A stretch of 64,000 nucleotides of DNA from Octopus sinensis (GCF_006345805.1 NC_043021.1:2418001-2482000), one strand, 5' to 3'. Numbered from the stretch's first letter, positions 12,083 through 25,146 are shown. The notes: generated from the sequence alone by a model not told the origin. Numbers and translations are program-made.

Positions 12083-12761
12083 TATATATATATATATAGA
12101 TTACATTAGTCGAAGCTCATGGCTTTGTAGTTGGACTTACAATTGAAAGAATGTGGCTTTGATTCCTGGCCTGAGTGTTTCATTGTGTCCTTGAGCAAGA
12201 CACTTCATTTCATGTTGCTCCAGTCAAGTAAGTTGGCAAAAATGAACAATCCTGCAACAGACTAGCGTCCCATCCAAGGATGCCACAAGACCCAAGAACC
12301 AGCCCTATGAGTCTATAGCTCAGGTAGGACCTTTTGGATCCTTTTGGTAGATCTCATTTAATTAGGGTTCAGGCATATAATCAGTGAAATTATAACTGGT
12401 GTTAGAGAAAACTATTGGAGAAATATAGAGAAAGAGACAATACAGTATTGAACTGTATGGTATTGATTGATTGTAAATGTGAGGTAGGCGGGGGGGGGTC
12501 TGAACAGTTCCATACAATGATACATCAATTACTGCCATGATATTAACAAAAACAGAAAAAGAAACAATGAAAAAATAAAAAGTGTCAAAACTGCCACAAC
12601 TTGGCCAAGGCGACACCCTATGCAGCTGAACAAATTTCAGTTTTCCTGCATTCATTGAGCTACATATGAACATATGAATATATATATATATATTCTTTTA
12701 TATGTTTCAGCCTTGAGGCTGTGGTCATGCTGGAGCACTGCATGTATATACAAAAGCATCT

Positions 12762-12856
12762 TCATAAGAAGTCCTGCACTTTCACTTTGCGTCGTATGGC
12801 ATTTGAAAAACCTTCTTTGAATCGAAACCAAATCACTTTCCTCAGTGGGTTCTTTT
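12762..12856 (-). CDS. CHTF18: CTF18 terminal coding exon 24 (DCC1/CTF8-binding tail)
   Basis: VIWFRFKEGFSNAIRRKVKVQDFL-TGA; TTTCAG acceptor. Confidence 0.96.
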
Positions 12857-13124
12857 CTGAAAGGAATAAATGAGCATAACAAAAAAAATAAATAATAATA
12901 ATAATTAATTATGAAAGAAGTTTAAGAAAAGAATAAAACAATTAATAAACAAAATAATAATGTTTTAAAATGTAGGAATTATTATCAAGTGTGTTTAAGT
13001 TGTATAAATGCCACATGGCAGAAGAGACGCAGACACTAAAAGTAAGAGATTCACAGAGGAACTGTACATTGGGCTGCAGAGTGACTGCATATTAGACAGT
13101 AGAGGTATTATATGTTGGATGTTA

Positions 13125-13340
13125 AGGCGGCGAGCTGGCAGAAGCGTTAGCACGCCGGGTGAAATGCTTAGCAGTATTTCGTCTGCGTTACGTTGTGAGT
13201 TCGAATTCCGCCAAGGTCGACTTTGCCTTTCATCCTTTTGGGGTCGATTAAATAAGTACCAGTTACGCACTGGGGTCGATGTCTGTCCTTGTTTGTCCCC
13301 TCTGTGTTTAGCCCCTTGTGGGTAATAAAGAAATAGGTAT
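13125..13340 (+). mobile_element. SINE family 2 copy
   Basis: Full head-to-tail match to the family-2 consensus seen in the other copies. Confidence 0.8.
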
Positions 13341-13477
13341 TGTATGTTGGATTGTAGAGGTAATTGTCAAAGACAATATTTCCCCATGACCAGAAATGTT
13401 TTCATGGAAGATTGGAAATGAATGGTACTTTCTGTATGACGGTGACACTCGCTGGCTAACACTATGCTGTGGAAAGG

Positions 13478-13511
<34 letters not shown>

Positions 13512-13969
13512 ACACAACATGATTCAATGTCCTCCTTCCATGCTGCTATGAGTTGGATGGTTTGAAAGGGGCTGGCAGACCTGAGGATTGCACCAAGTTC
13601 TATTGCCTGCTTTGGTATGGTTTCTATGGCTGGATACTCACCCTAACACCCCTATGTGTGTGTGTGCGTGTGTGTGTGCGTATTCTTTAATTCTTTTACT
13701 TGTTTCAGTCATTTGATTGCAGCCATACTGGAGCACCATCTCGAGGGGTTTTTGGTCTACGAAATCGACCCCCCAGGATTTCTTCTTTGTAAGCCTAGTA
13801 TTTATTTTATCAGTCTCCTTTGCTGAACTGCTATGTTACAGGACATAAACACACCAACATCGGTTGCCAAGTGATGGTGTGGGTGGGGTGGGGGGGTCAA
13901 ACACACACACACACACGCAGTCCAAATTTACAGAAAACAAAAGACGAGATTGTGTTGCCATTGTTGTTG

Positions 13970-14259
13970 CTGCTGGTGGTGGTGGTGGTGGTAATGGTGG
14001 TGGTGGATGATGTTAGTGGTGGAGCGGAGGAAGGTAATAGCACAAAGAAGTGTTGTATTTTGGTGGCAATGGTGTTAGCAATGGCAAGGGTGGCAATAGT
14101 AACAGCAAAGCCAGTAGTAGCAGCAGTAGTAGTAGTAGTAGTAATGGTAGTGGTGGTGGTGGTGGTGGTGGTGGAGGTGGTGGTGGTGGTTGTGGTTGCA
14201 GTAGTGGTGATGGTGGTTGTGGTGGTGGTGATGGTGGTGGTAGTGGTAGTAGTAGTAGA

Positions 14260-14291
<32 letters not shown>

Positions 14292-15025
14292 GATGTTGGT
14301 GGTGGTGGTGGTGGTGGTGGCAGCAGCAGTGGTGGTGACGGTAGTAGTAGTAGAAGCAGTAGTAGTAGTAGTGGTGGTGGTGTTGGTGGTGGTGGTGGGG
14401 AGGCGGGTGTTGTATTCTGGTGGAGGTAAAGCATTTAACAGAGGTCGGATGTTGTTAACAAAGTTTTGTTTGTTTTGTGTGCAGAGGTGTTGGCAGTAGT
14501 GTGGTGGTGGTGGTGCTGTGGTGGCTTCGTCAGCGGCGGCGTGGTTTGTACCATTAGTCTTCATGCTAGTTCTCTCACCTCTGCATCCTCACCACCACTC
14601 CCCCCTCCCAACCACCCCACCTCTCACACACCCACACACACACCTTCAATAATTTATAGTACTTCCAACAGTTCACACCTCCAGCGCTTTCCTAAACACC
14701 ACCACCGCAACCACCACCACCACCACCAACACTTGCTACTGTAACAAACACATTCCCCTCCCCCCCCCCCTGGCAGCCTCTCCGCCTCTCCTCCCTTGCC
14801 CACCACCACCATCATCACCGTTGCCTCTGCACTACAGCTACATGTACTGAAACTACAATCTGTCACCACTACCACTACTAAAACTACTACCACTACTACT
14901 ACTACTACCGCCACTACAACTACTACTACTACCACTACTACCACTACCGCCACTACTACTACTACTACTACCACAACCAGAACACAAGCCATCAACACTA
15001 CTAATACCACACACACACACACACA
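13970..15025. repeat. (GTG/GTA)n block followed by (CAC/TAC)n block
   Basis: Direct reading; the two blocks are complementary in composition. Confidence 0.9.
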
Positions 15026-15192
15026 CGTATTCTTTTTTTTATTCTTTCACTTGTTTCAGTCAGCTGACTTGCCTTTTAGTCGTACTTATTCTATCAGTCT
15101 CTTTTGCCGCACCGCTAAGTTACGGGGATGTAAACACACCAGCATCGGTTGTCAAGCAATTGTGGCGAGGCAGGGTGCAAACCCTGACACAC

Positions 15193-15225
<33 letters not shown>

Positions 15226-15457
15226 AGCTTCTTTCAGTTTCCAGCCACCAAATCCACTCACAAGGCTTTGGTTGGCCCGAGGCTATAGTAGAAAACACTT
15301 GCCCAAGGTGCCATGCAGTGGGACTGAACCCAGAACCATGTGGTTGGTAAGCAAGCTTCTTACCACACAGCCACGACTGCGCTTATTTATGTGTATGTAT
15401 CTGAAATACACACAAAGATATAATATACACGTGTGTGTGTATGTATGTATATGATGG

Positions 15458-15492
<35 letters not shown>

Positions 15493-15573
15493 TGGTGGCG
15501 ATAATGATGGCTTTCTTCTCTTTCCAGATGGTAACCTTTAATTTATGATTCGTTAAATATGCGTTGCACATAC

Positions 15574-15652
15574 CTTTCGCAACATAATTAGGGTCCACTT
15601 GAGAGGAGGAGACTGGTTGCTTAATGATACGGCCAAAGAAATCCCGCTCCGT
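15574..15652 (-). CDS. CHTF18: CTF18 coding exon 23
   Basis: TERDFFGRIIK; TTTCAG/GTATGT; phase 0-1. Confidence 0.94.
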
Positions 15653-15749
15653 CTGAAAGAAGGAAAAGAAAAAGATCCATGAAACTTCCTGACAAATTAT
15701 GGTAAAAAAAAAAGAAAAGAAATAGTGAAAGGAAATATTAACCAGATAT

Positions 15750-15809
<60 letters not shown>

Positions 15810-15899
15810 CATCATATATATGTATATATATATATATATGTGTATATATATATACACCATATATATGTATATATATATATATATGTGTATATATATATA

Positions 15900-16668
15900 T
15901 GTTAGTTAGTTAGTTAGTTAGTTAGTTAATTTGGCTCAACAAATAGCAAAGCCATGTAGGGGGACATGGAGTTAAGTACAGGGTGGTGTTCATTGTAAAG
16001 AGTTCAGCCACTTGGTTCCAGGGAGGCTTTGAACAAAGCGGTCGTCGGCATCTTCACCATCTCGTCTGGCAGCTTGTTCCACGGATCCGCACCCGGACTG
16101 AGAAAGCTCCTCTCCTTCGATTGAGATGAATCGTCGCAGGTAGAGCTTTTCGGAATGACCCCGCAGCCGACACTCTGGAGCAGGAGTGAAGAACAGCTCT
16201 TTCGAGAGGTTACACTTTCCGCTTATGATGTTGTGGGCAAGAATGAGATCACTACGGCGGCGGCGTTTTTCAAGAGAATAAAGGTCGAGCGTCCTCATTC
16301 TTTCTTCATAGGACAAATTTTTGAGACCATGAACCATGCGGGTAGCCAGCTTCTGGACTCTTTCGAGATGCTGTATGTCTTTGAGGAGATAAGGAGAAGA
16401 GCTTGAATCCCATACTCCAATATGGGTCTCACCAGCGTGACATAGAGTGGTAGGAATATGGCTGCTGTGATCATTCCGAATGACCGTCGAATCAAGAACA
16501 GAATTCCGCGTGCTTTGTTGGCAGCATGGACGCACTGGGCCGAAGGCGAAAAGGAGGATCCACCAAGATACCTAGGTCCTTTACCTGATCGGTCCTCTCC
16601 AGCAGCAGATGACCCGGCTCGAAATCAAGTTGAGTTGCAGGAGTAGAGCCGACAGGCAGATGACAGCA
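15900..16668 (-). mobile_element. CR1-clade LINE 3' fragment (frameshifted RT C-terminus)
   Basis: Three frames give [53 protein letters not shown] and LRGHSEKL; (TAAC)n tail at about 15900-15930. Confidence 0.85.
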
Positions 16669-16695
16669 CTTTGACACGTTATATGTATATATATA

Positions 16696-16762
<67 letters not shown>

Positions 16763-16772
16763 TATGTATATA

Positions 16773-16804
<32 letters not shown>

Positions 16805-16860
16805 CTCATATATATGTATATATATATGTGTATATAATATATATATCATCAATGTATATA

Positions 16861-16899
<39 letters not shown>

Positions 16900-16960
16900 T
16901 ATATGTATATATATGTGTATATATATATATAATATAATATATATACATCATATGTATATA

Positions 16961-16995
<35 letters not shown>

Positions 16996-17080
16996 AATTT
17001 ATTGAGACAAACCACTATTTTGCAAAACAAACAAGGAAGACTTAATCAATACATAAATTTATAAATAGTCAAAAAAAACG

Positions 17081-17123
17081 CCACTACAATCGTTTCTTGT
17101 CTTGATCGACAATCTTCAGGTGG
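17081..17123 (-). ncRNA. Minimal type I hammerhead ribozyme motif (inverted copy of 18286-18328)
   Basis: Reverse complement of the 18286 motif in the opposite palindrome arm. Confidence 0.7.
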
Positions 17124-18285
17124 ACTTCCATCTAAAAAATCAAAATTTTAAAATATAAATAATACTTTTAAATAATTAAATATAAATGAAAAATAATATA
17201 TAATATAATCCATATATAACCTATATATATCCATATCGAAATATAGACTAATTACCACGAATTCCCCAAAAAAAAACCATGATAAAACAAATCTTAAAAC
17301 ATATAACGATAAAATCTCCCTTTGCTAAACTCTATAACAAACCTATAAAGTAAAACCCCTAACCTAAACATTCACACACAAATACACCACGTAAACCACA
17401 GACTCACGACTTATATACATACCTATACTAACTTATAACCTCAATATACACAAACCCACTCCCTCCCCACACAGACAATTAACACATACATCCCAAAACC
17501 TAAATAACAAACCCATATACACATTCACACACAACAACACACTCACACGCAAAACACTCACACACAACAGATACATATACTCCCTCACATATACGCCTAT
17601 ACATACTCACTAACTCGACATATACAACAATACTTCACACCCACAAAAAACATTATATACATTTATGAGCTTTAACTCACCTTCATCTCTAACAACAACT
17701 TGCCGTAACCTGCAGTTGTTTGTTAGAGATGCTAAGGTGAGTTTAAAGCTCTAATGTATATAATTTTTTTGGGGTGTATATTGTTGTATATGTCGAGTTT
17801 AGTGAGTATGTATAGGCGTATATGGAGGGAGTATATGTATCTTTTGTGTGTGAGTGTTTTTGCGTGTGAGTGTGTGTTTTGTGTGTTGAATGTGTATATG
17901 GGTTTGTTATTTAGTTTGGGATGTATGTGTTCATTTGTCTGTGTGGAGGAGTGGGTTTTGGTGTATATTGAGGTTTATAAGTTAGTATAGTATGTGGTAT
18001 AAGTCGTGAGTCTGTGGTTTACGTGTGTGTATTTGTGTGTGATGTTTAGGTTGGGGGTTTAACTTTATAGGTTTGTTATAGAGTTTAGCAAGGGAATTTT
18101 TTACGTTATATTTTAAGAGTTTTGTTTTATCATGGTTTTTTTAGGGAATTCGTGTAATTAGTCTATATTTTCGATATGGATTATATATAGGTATATATGG
18201 ATTATATCTTATATTTTTTTCATTTATACTTTAATATTTTAAAGTATTATTTTATTTTTAAAATTTTGATTTTTTAGATGGAAGT

Positions 18286-18328
18286 CCACCTGAAGATTGT
18301 CGATCAAGACAAGAAACGATTGTAGTGG
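18286..18328 (+). ncRNA. Minimal type I hammerhead ribozyme motif
   Basis: CCAC-CTGAAGA-TTGTC/GACAA stem II-GAAAC-GATT-GTA-GTGG. Confidence 0.72.
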
Positions 18329-19642
18329 CGGTTTTTTTGACTATTTATTAAATTTATGTATTGATTAAGTCTTTCCTTGTTTGTTTTGCAAAATAGTGGT
18401 TTTGTCTCAAATAATATTTTATATATTTTACTATAAAATTGGATTTATCCTAATCTGATTTTTTTCCCTGTAAATTTGATGTATATTTCCCTAATATTTA
18501 TTATATATATTATATATATATATACATCATATATTGTATATATATATATGTGTATATATATATATATATAAGAGAACAAAGTGTATGTACGCCGCTATGT
18601 ATATATATATATATATTTATAATAAGTGTAGATCGTATACGAGTGGGTATATATTTATAAAAAAGAAGTTTGAAAACGCCACTATATTAGATAAATTTTC
18701 ATTTTCTTAAAAATTTTACATGTTTCGGTTCTTCTTGAAAAAACGAACCTTATCAAAAATATTTTAAAAAGTTAAGTGTAATAAAAAAGTTCATAATATA
18801 GGCGCAGGAGTGGCTGTGTGGTAAGTAGCTTGCTAACCAACCACATGGTTCCGGGTTCAGTCCACTGCGTGGCATTTGGGCAAGTGTCTTCTGCTATAGC
18901 CCCGGCCGACCAATGCCTTGTGAGTGGATTTGGTAGACGGAAACTGAAAGAAGCCTGTCGTATATTGTATATATATATATGTATGTGTGTGTTTGTGTGT
19001 CTGTTTTTGTCCCCCTAGCATTGCTTGACAACCGATGCTGGTGTGTTGACGTCCCCGTCACTTAGCGGTTCGGCAAAACAGACCGATAGAATAGAATACG
19101 TACTGGGCTTACAAAGAATATCCCGGGTCGATTTGCTCGACTAAAGGCGGTGCTCCAGCATGGCCGCAGTCAAATGACTGAAAGAAGTAAAATAGTAAAT
19201 AGTAAATTGTTTCTTAATTGCCTCAAGAGAATCCACGTGGTGGTTTTTTGTGGGGAGTAAGCATAATAGCTGTCTTATGTGTTCGAATAAAACTAAGGTA
19301 ATAAATATAAAATACAAATTGGGACAAGGATGCAAAACATCCGGACAACTAGGTGATACAAAAAGGGACAACAAAACATCCAGATAGACGATACAAAAAA
19401 AACAAGGACGGGTCATTCGAAGCCTTTTATCTTCAGTCAAGAATCGGATCATCCTCGCAATTTCGGCTGATTAATCTTGAGATTGCTTCCAATCTGGCCA
19501 GCCCCAAAGAAAAACTAAGCAAGGAAAATCTAATGCTCTTAGCTTAGTTTTTCCTTGGGGCTGGCCAGATTGGAGGAGGAGGAGGGTGGTGGGGAGGGGA
19601 GGGGAGGAGGGGGAATGGAATTCTAATCCAGTGACAACTTAC

Positions 19643-19730
19643 ATGCTCCTTGAAGCCGACTGATTGTGGTACTAACTTCTGTTTATGGTTTGGTATGACA
19701 TCAGTTGTGGTGGTGGTCGTAGTTGTACTG
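19643..19730 (-). CDS. CHTF18: CTF18 coding exon 22
   Basis: STTTTTTTTDVIPNHKQKLVPQ (PxNHxQxL-like); CAGCAG tandem acceptor; GTAAGT donor. Confidence 0.88.
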
Positions 19731-21763
19731 CTGCAACAGACAGGAGTAAGTTTAGTGTTTAAACACATCTACTGAGGTATAGTTTCTGCATACGTACACA
19801 CACACACACACACACAGCTTAAGTGTCAACCAATGGCTACGATACACACATACACATGCATAGACACGCACACACACATACATACAGAGACATACACACA
19901 TAGACACACATACGCACATATGTACATGCATATAGACAGGCACACACATAACACACACACACACAGCTTAAGTGTCAACCAATGACAGAGACACACACAT
20001 GCACACATATGTACATGCATACAGACAGACAGGCAGACACACACACGCACATACACATACATACATACATAAGCAAATATTTGCAACAAGTGTGTACACC
20101 TGTAAGTAAGCACCTGTTGCATTAGAACAATATGAAAACATTATCACAAAGAGAGAAATCACTGAAAAAGCCTGCAAATGGCAAAAAAAGGGTTTTGACC
20201 AAAAAAAGAAAACAAGAAAAAAACAACTGATTCTTTAACCAACAAGTTAAACAAACGATTGCTTAATTAGCTGGACAGATATTTAACCAATTGACCAATA
20301 ATAAAGAATTGGAATTGAACCAGTGCATGTGTTATTAATATTGGCTTATGACCCTCCCTAGATGCAACAAAATTATCAGAAACAACACAGAAAAGGAAAG
20401 AATTAAAGAATCATAGAATTAGGAATGGAAGAATAAAAAAAAACGGTTCTGTCTCATTGTTACTTAGTCTTCCCTACAAACGTGTGTGTGTGTGTGTGCA
20501 TGTGTGTGAATGTTTATGCTCTGTACCCTTAACATACACTTTTGCAACCTCTGTTAACCCATTCTCTTGTTCTTCTACCCAACCCAGGGCCCACCCAGAC
20601 ATTTCATTGCTCTCCCCCACCCACACCTTAATCTCTCTTTCCAGCTCCCTGCCCCCTCATTATTCTCCCCCCTCTCTTCGCTAACATAAGCAACCGTGTA
20701 TCTCCTCTACACCGTGAAACCTGTTCTGTTCTGGCCCTTTCTTTCATACTTTAACCCCTCATTTCTCAGCATGAAGCTGCCCCTCCTCACTCACCTCACT
20801 CTCTTTCTCTCTCTCTTTCTCTTGTAGCCCCACTCAGCCAAATGGGATCTTAATCTTGCAACCTTACTGGGGCTGGAGCCAGGAATACCTATTTTTTTAT
20901 TACCCACAAGGGGCTAAACACAGAGGGGACAAACAAGGACAGACATAGGTATTAAGTCGATTACATCGACCCCAGTGCGTAACTGGTACTTACTTTATCG
21001 ACCCCGAAAGGATGAAAGGCAAAGTCGACCTCGGCGGAATTTGAACTCACAACGTAATGACAGATGAAATACGGCTACGCATTTCGCCAGGCGTGCTAAC
21101 GTTTCTGCCAGCTGGAGCCAGGAAAACCAAAAGCACTCAGGGCACCTAGCTGTAGAAAACCAGGCCAAAAGAGAAGCACAAAGCAGTCCTTGGACCAATT
21201 GGATCCTGTCACACCATCCAAAAAGGATAATGGATGTTAAATGATGATGCTGGTGGAATTGGTGGTGGTGGTGGTAGTGGATGGTGACATTGTTGATATT
21301 TTCTCGTGCCGGTGGCACGTAAAGAGCACCATCCGATCGTGGCCATTTGCCAGCCTCGTCTGGCACCTGTGCAGGTGGCACGTAAAAAGCACCATCCAAT
21401 CGTGGCCGTTTGCCAGCCTCGTCTGGCACCTGTGCCGGTGGCATATAAAAAGCACCATCCGATCGTAGCTATTTGCCAGCCTCGTCTGGCACCTGTGCAG
21501 GTGGCACGTAAAAAGCACCCACTACACTCACAGAGTGGTTGGCATTAGGAAGGGCATCCAGCCGTAGAAACACTGCCAGATCAGACTGGGCCTGATGCAG
21601 CCTTCTGACTTCCCAGACCCCAGTTGAACCGTCCAACCCATGGTAGCATGGAAAGCGGACGTTAAACGATGATGATGATGATGAAATCATACAGTAACTT
21701 TCTGTTTTCAAAGAGTAACAGTGAGAGAAACAGAGAGAGAGAGAGAGAGAGAGAAATACTGAC

Positions 21764-21825
21764 TTTTCATTTCTTATCTGTACAGAAGAGGACTTGTCAG
21801 CCATCCTCATCTTCTCTGCTGCAAT
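21764..21825 (-). CDS. CHTF18: CTF18 coding exon 21
   Basis: IAAEKMRMA...; TTTCAG acceptor. The GTCAGT donor was chosen because it gives the phase 2 required by the next exon. Confidence 0.85.
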
Positions 21826-22861
21826 CTGAAACGTCAAAGAACAATAAGATATCAACAGGAACAGCTAAGATCAAAGTGTTATACACACACACACACCCAC
21901 AACCCATGCCAGCATGGAAAGCGGACGTTAAACAATCAGGATCCCTGGTCTGGTGGTACGTAAAAAGCACTATCCGACTCGTGGCCGATGCCAGCACCGC
22001 CTCGACTGGCTTCCGTGCCGGTGGCACATAAAATACACAATCTGAACGTGGGCGTTGCCAGCCCCGCCTGGCACCTGTGCAGGTGGCACGTAAAAAGCAC
22101 CCACTACATCACGGAGTGGTTGCGTTAGGAAGGGCATCCAGCTGTAGAAACACTGCCAGATAAGACTGGAGCCTGGTGCAGCCTTCTGGCTTCCAAGACC
22201 CCGGTCGAACCGTCCAACCCATGCTAGCATGGAGAACGGACGTTAAACGACAATGATGATGATGACACACACACAAAACATTTCAAAAGTAAATAGGTTC
22301 CATTTTGCTTCTTTTTTTTTTATGAACGATTTATTTCTAGAATCAAAATAATGTCATTTGATGCATTTAAATACTTAATCTAGTATTCAATAGACATAAT
22401 GCCCTGTGTAGTTTATAATGATTTAATTAATTTGGACGTCATACTAAAGAGTAGTAGATAATAAGGTCTAATTAGGAGTGTCTATTTACTTTCAAGATGT
22501 CTGTGTATACACTTCTACAAAAAACACATATATCTCCACATATACACACCCAAGGCTACACAAATTCACAGCTTCCGTGCCGGTGGCACGTAAAATGTAC
22601 CAATCCGATCGTGGCCGTTTGCCAGCCTCGCCTGGCCCCCGTGCCGGTGGCATGTAAAAAGCACCATCCGACCGTGGCCGTTTGCCAGCCTCGCCTGGCA
22701 CGTAAAAAGCACCCACTACACTCACGGAGTGGTTGGTGTTAGGAAGGGCATCCAGCCGTAGAAACACTGCCAGATCAGACTGGAGCCTGGTGCAACCTTC
22801 TGGCTTCCCAGATCCCCGGTCGAACCGTCCAACCCATGACAGCATGGAGAGCGGACGTTAA

Positions 22862-22892
<31 letters not shown>

Positions 22893-22968
22893 GCCCCAGC
22901 ACTCAACCAGTACCTCCTCTCTCTCTCTCTTTCTCTCTCCGCTCCCCCACCCCACCCCATCTACTTAC

Positions 22969-23053
22969 CTCCCGAGCAATCATTTGTTTCGTTGCATAAG
23001 TCAACTGCTTCTGTTGTTTCATCCCAGGGAACTTGACAACCTCTTCAATGTTA
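22969..23053 (-). CDS. CHTF18: CTF18 coding exon 20
   Basis: NIEEVVKFPG...LTYATKQMIARE; CTTTAG/GTAAGT. Confidence 0.95.
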
Positions 23054-23512
23054 CTAAAGAAGAAAAAGAAGACAAAAAAAACATCAAATATACAACAGTG
23101 TGGCCCCACAAAGGGATTTCAACATAATCTACTGAACCGCAGGATGATCTTCTACATAATCCCTTGTTTTCTATTATAATTGCATCCACAGCTGTGGCTG
23201 TGTGGTAAGAAGCTAGCTTCCCAACCACATGGTTCTAGGTTCAGTCCCACTGCATGGTATCTTGGGCAAGTGTCTTCTGCAATAGCCTTGAGCTGACCAA
23301 ACCTTTGTGAGGGGATTCGGTAGACAGAAACTGAACAAAGCCTGTCATGTATATTAGGGGTCATCTCATAAATAATACAGTTTTTTCAGATGTTCGAACT
23401 AAAAGCCAGAGGGGGAAGGGATAAACTACCTGCAGCAACTTGCCGTAAAAGCAGGTAATAATTTTACCTTGTTCTTATTCTTGGTACAAGTTTTGATGAG
23501 TGCTGTTTCTCC

Positions 23513-23544
<32 letters not shown>

Positions 23545-23939
23545 GGCACAGGAGTGGCTGTGTGGTAAGTAGCTTGCTTACCAACCACATGGTTCCGGGT
23601 TCAGTCCCATTGCGTGGCATCTTGGGCAAGTGTCTTCTGCTATAGCCCCGGGCCGACCAATGCCTTGTGAGTGGATTTAGTAGACGGAAACTGAAAGAAG
23701 CCTGTCGTATATATGTATATATGTGTGTGTTTGTGTGTCTGTGTTTGTCCCCCTAGCATTGCTTGACAACCGATGCTGGTGTGTTTACGTTCCCGTCACT
23801 TAGCGGTTCGGCAAAAGAGAGCGATAGAATAAGTACTGGGCTTACAAAGAATAAGTCCCGGGGTCGATTTGCTTGACTAAAGGCGGTGCTCCAGCATGGC
23901 CGCAGTCAAATGACTGAAACAAGTAAAAGAGTATATATA

Positions 23940-24150
23940 TATAGTTAATCCAAACAAGAGAACACAAAAAAACACAACGCAAGGACGTGGAACAAATATA
24001 GTATTTATTGGACGCTCAGGAGAGTAAGGAAAGAAGGAGGGTTTAACGTTGTTTCGAGCGGAGCTCTTCGTCGGAAACATAGGAGAAGGAAAGATCCAGA
24101 GAAGGGAAGACAGAGGAAAAAAAATCGCCAACGGTACACACGCGGTCATA
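23940..24150 (-). mobile_element. Second copy of the ~210-bp hammerhead-core element
   Basis: Colinear with 11085-11295; core CCGACGA...GAAAC. Confidence 0.6.
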
Positions 24151-24159
24151 TATATATAT

Positions 24160-24220
<61 letters not shown>

Positions 24221-24355
24221 TATATATATATTATATTAAATTAGAGACAAACCACTATTAGGCAAATCAAACAATGAAAGACTTAAGCCAATACATATGA
24301 TTAATTTATATTATTTAAATATGTAACAAAATTATTAAAAAATATAATTAATATC

Positions 24356-24418
24356 CCACTACGATCGTTTCCTGCCTGCTGTCTTCAAATTTTTGAGTCG
24401 CAGTCATTCATCAGGTGG
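24356..24418 (-). ncRNA. Minimal type I hammerhead ribozyme motif
   Basis: CCAC-CTGATGA-imperfect stem II-GAAAC-GATC-GTA-GTGG with perfect ACGATCGT palindrome; flank related to the 17.0/18.4-kb arms. Confidence 0.65.
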
Positions 24419-24679
24419 TTTAAATATTTTTCTTGGCGAGGCTTTTTCTAGTTTCAGCTCAGAGCTGCGGCCATGCTGATGCACGTGTTAATTATATTAA
24501 GGACAATTAATTTATTATTATTAATTAATTAATGCATTTATATTTAAAGACAAATTATATACTTAGTATTAATTTTTTCCTTAATTGGTTTTTTCATGCT
24601 CACTACCTGATAATATCTTATATAGATTTTATCCTTATACTTGATATATATATACATTGTGTGTGTGTGTGTATATATA

Positions 24680-24712
<33 letters not shown>

Positions 24713-24949
24713 GCGTGTGTGTCTTTGTATTTGTGCTCATTTCCCATTACATTTGACAACCGGTGTTGGTGTGTTTACATCCATGTAAGTTAACAGTTCT
24801 GCAAAGGAGTTCAACAGAATAAGTACCAGGCTTTACAAAAAAAAAAGTATTTGTAGGGGGGGGGGCATTCATTTGACTAAAAATTCTACAAGGCGGTGCT
24901 CCAGCAAGGCCGCAGTCCAATGACTGAAACAAGTAAAGACAAAAGATTG

Positions 24950-25043
24950 AGAGAGAGAGAGAGAGAGAGGCAGACAGACAGACAGAGGGAGAGACAGATA
25001 GACAGAGAGAGAGACAGACAGACAGAGGGAGAGACAGACAGAC

Positions 25044-25108
<65 letters not shown>

Positions 25109-25146
25109 GGGAGAAAGAGACAGACAGACAGACAGACAGACAGAGG

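Larger units (their letters stand above)
16995..18420. repeat. ~1.4-kb imperfect palindrome (arms about 700 bp, centre about 17705)
   Basis: The arms are reverse complements along their length and differ mostly by single-base indels. Confidence 0.92.

Noticed and set aside
17684-17732. Palindrome centre resembling a SMRTbell adapter (ATCTCT-AACAACAAC...AGAGAT)
   Set aside because: Only partial similarity; the GGAGGAGG part is absent and the symmetry follows from the palindrome. Not called, although an artefact remains possible.
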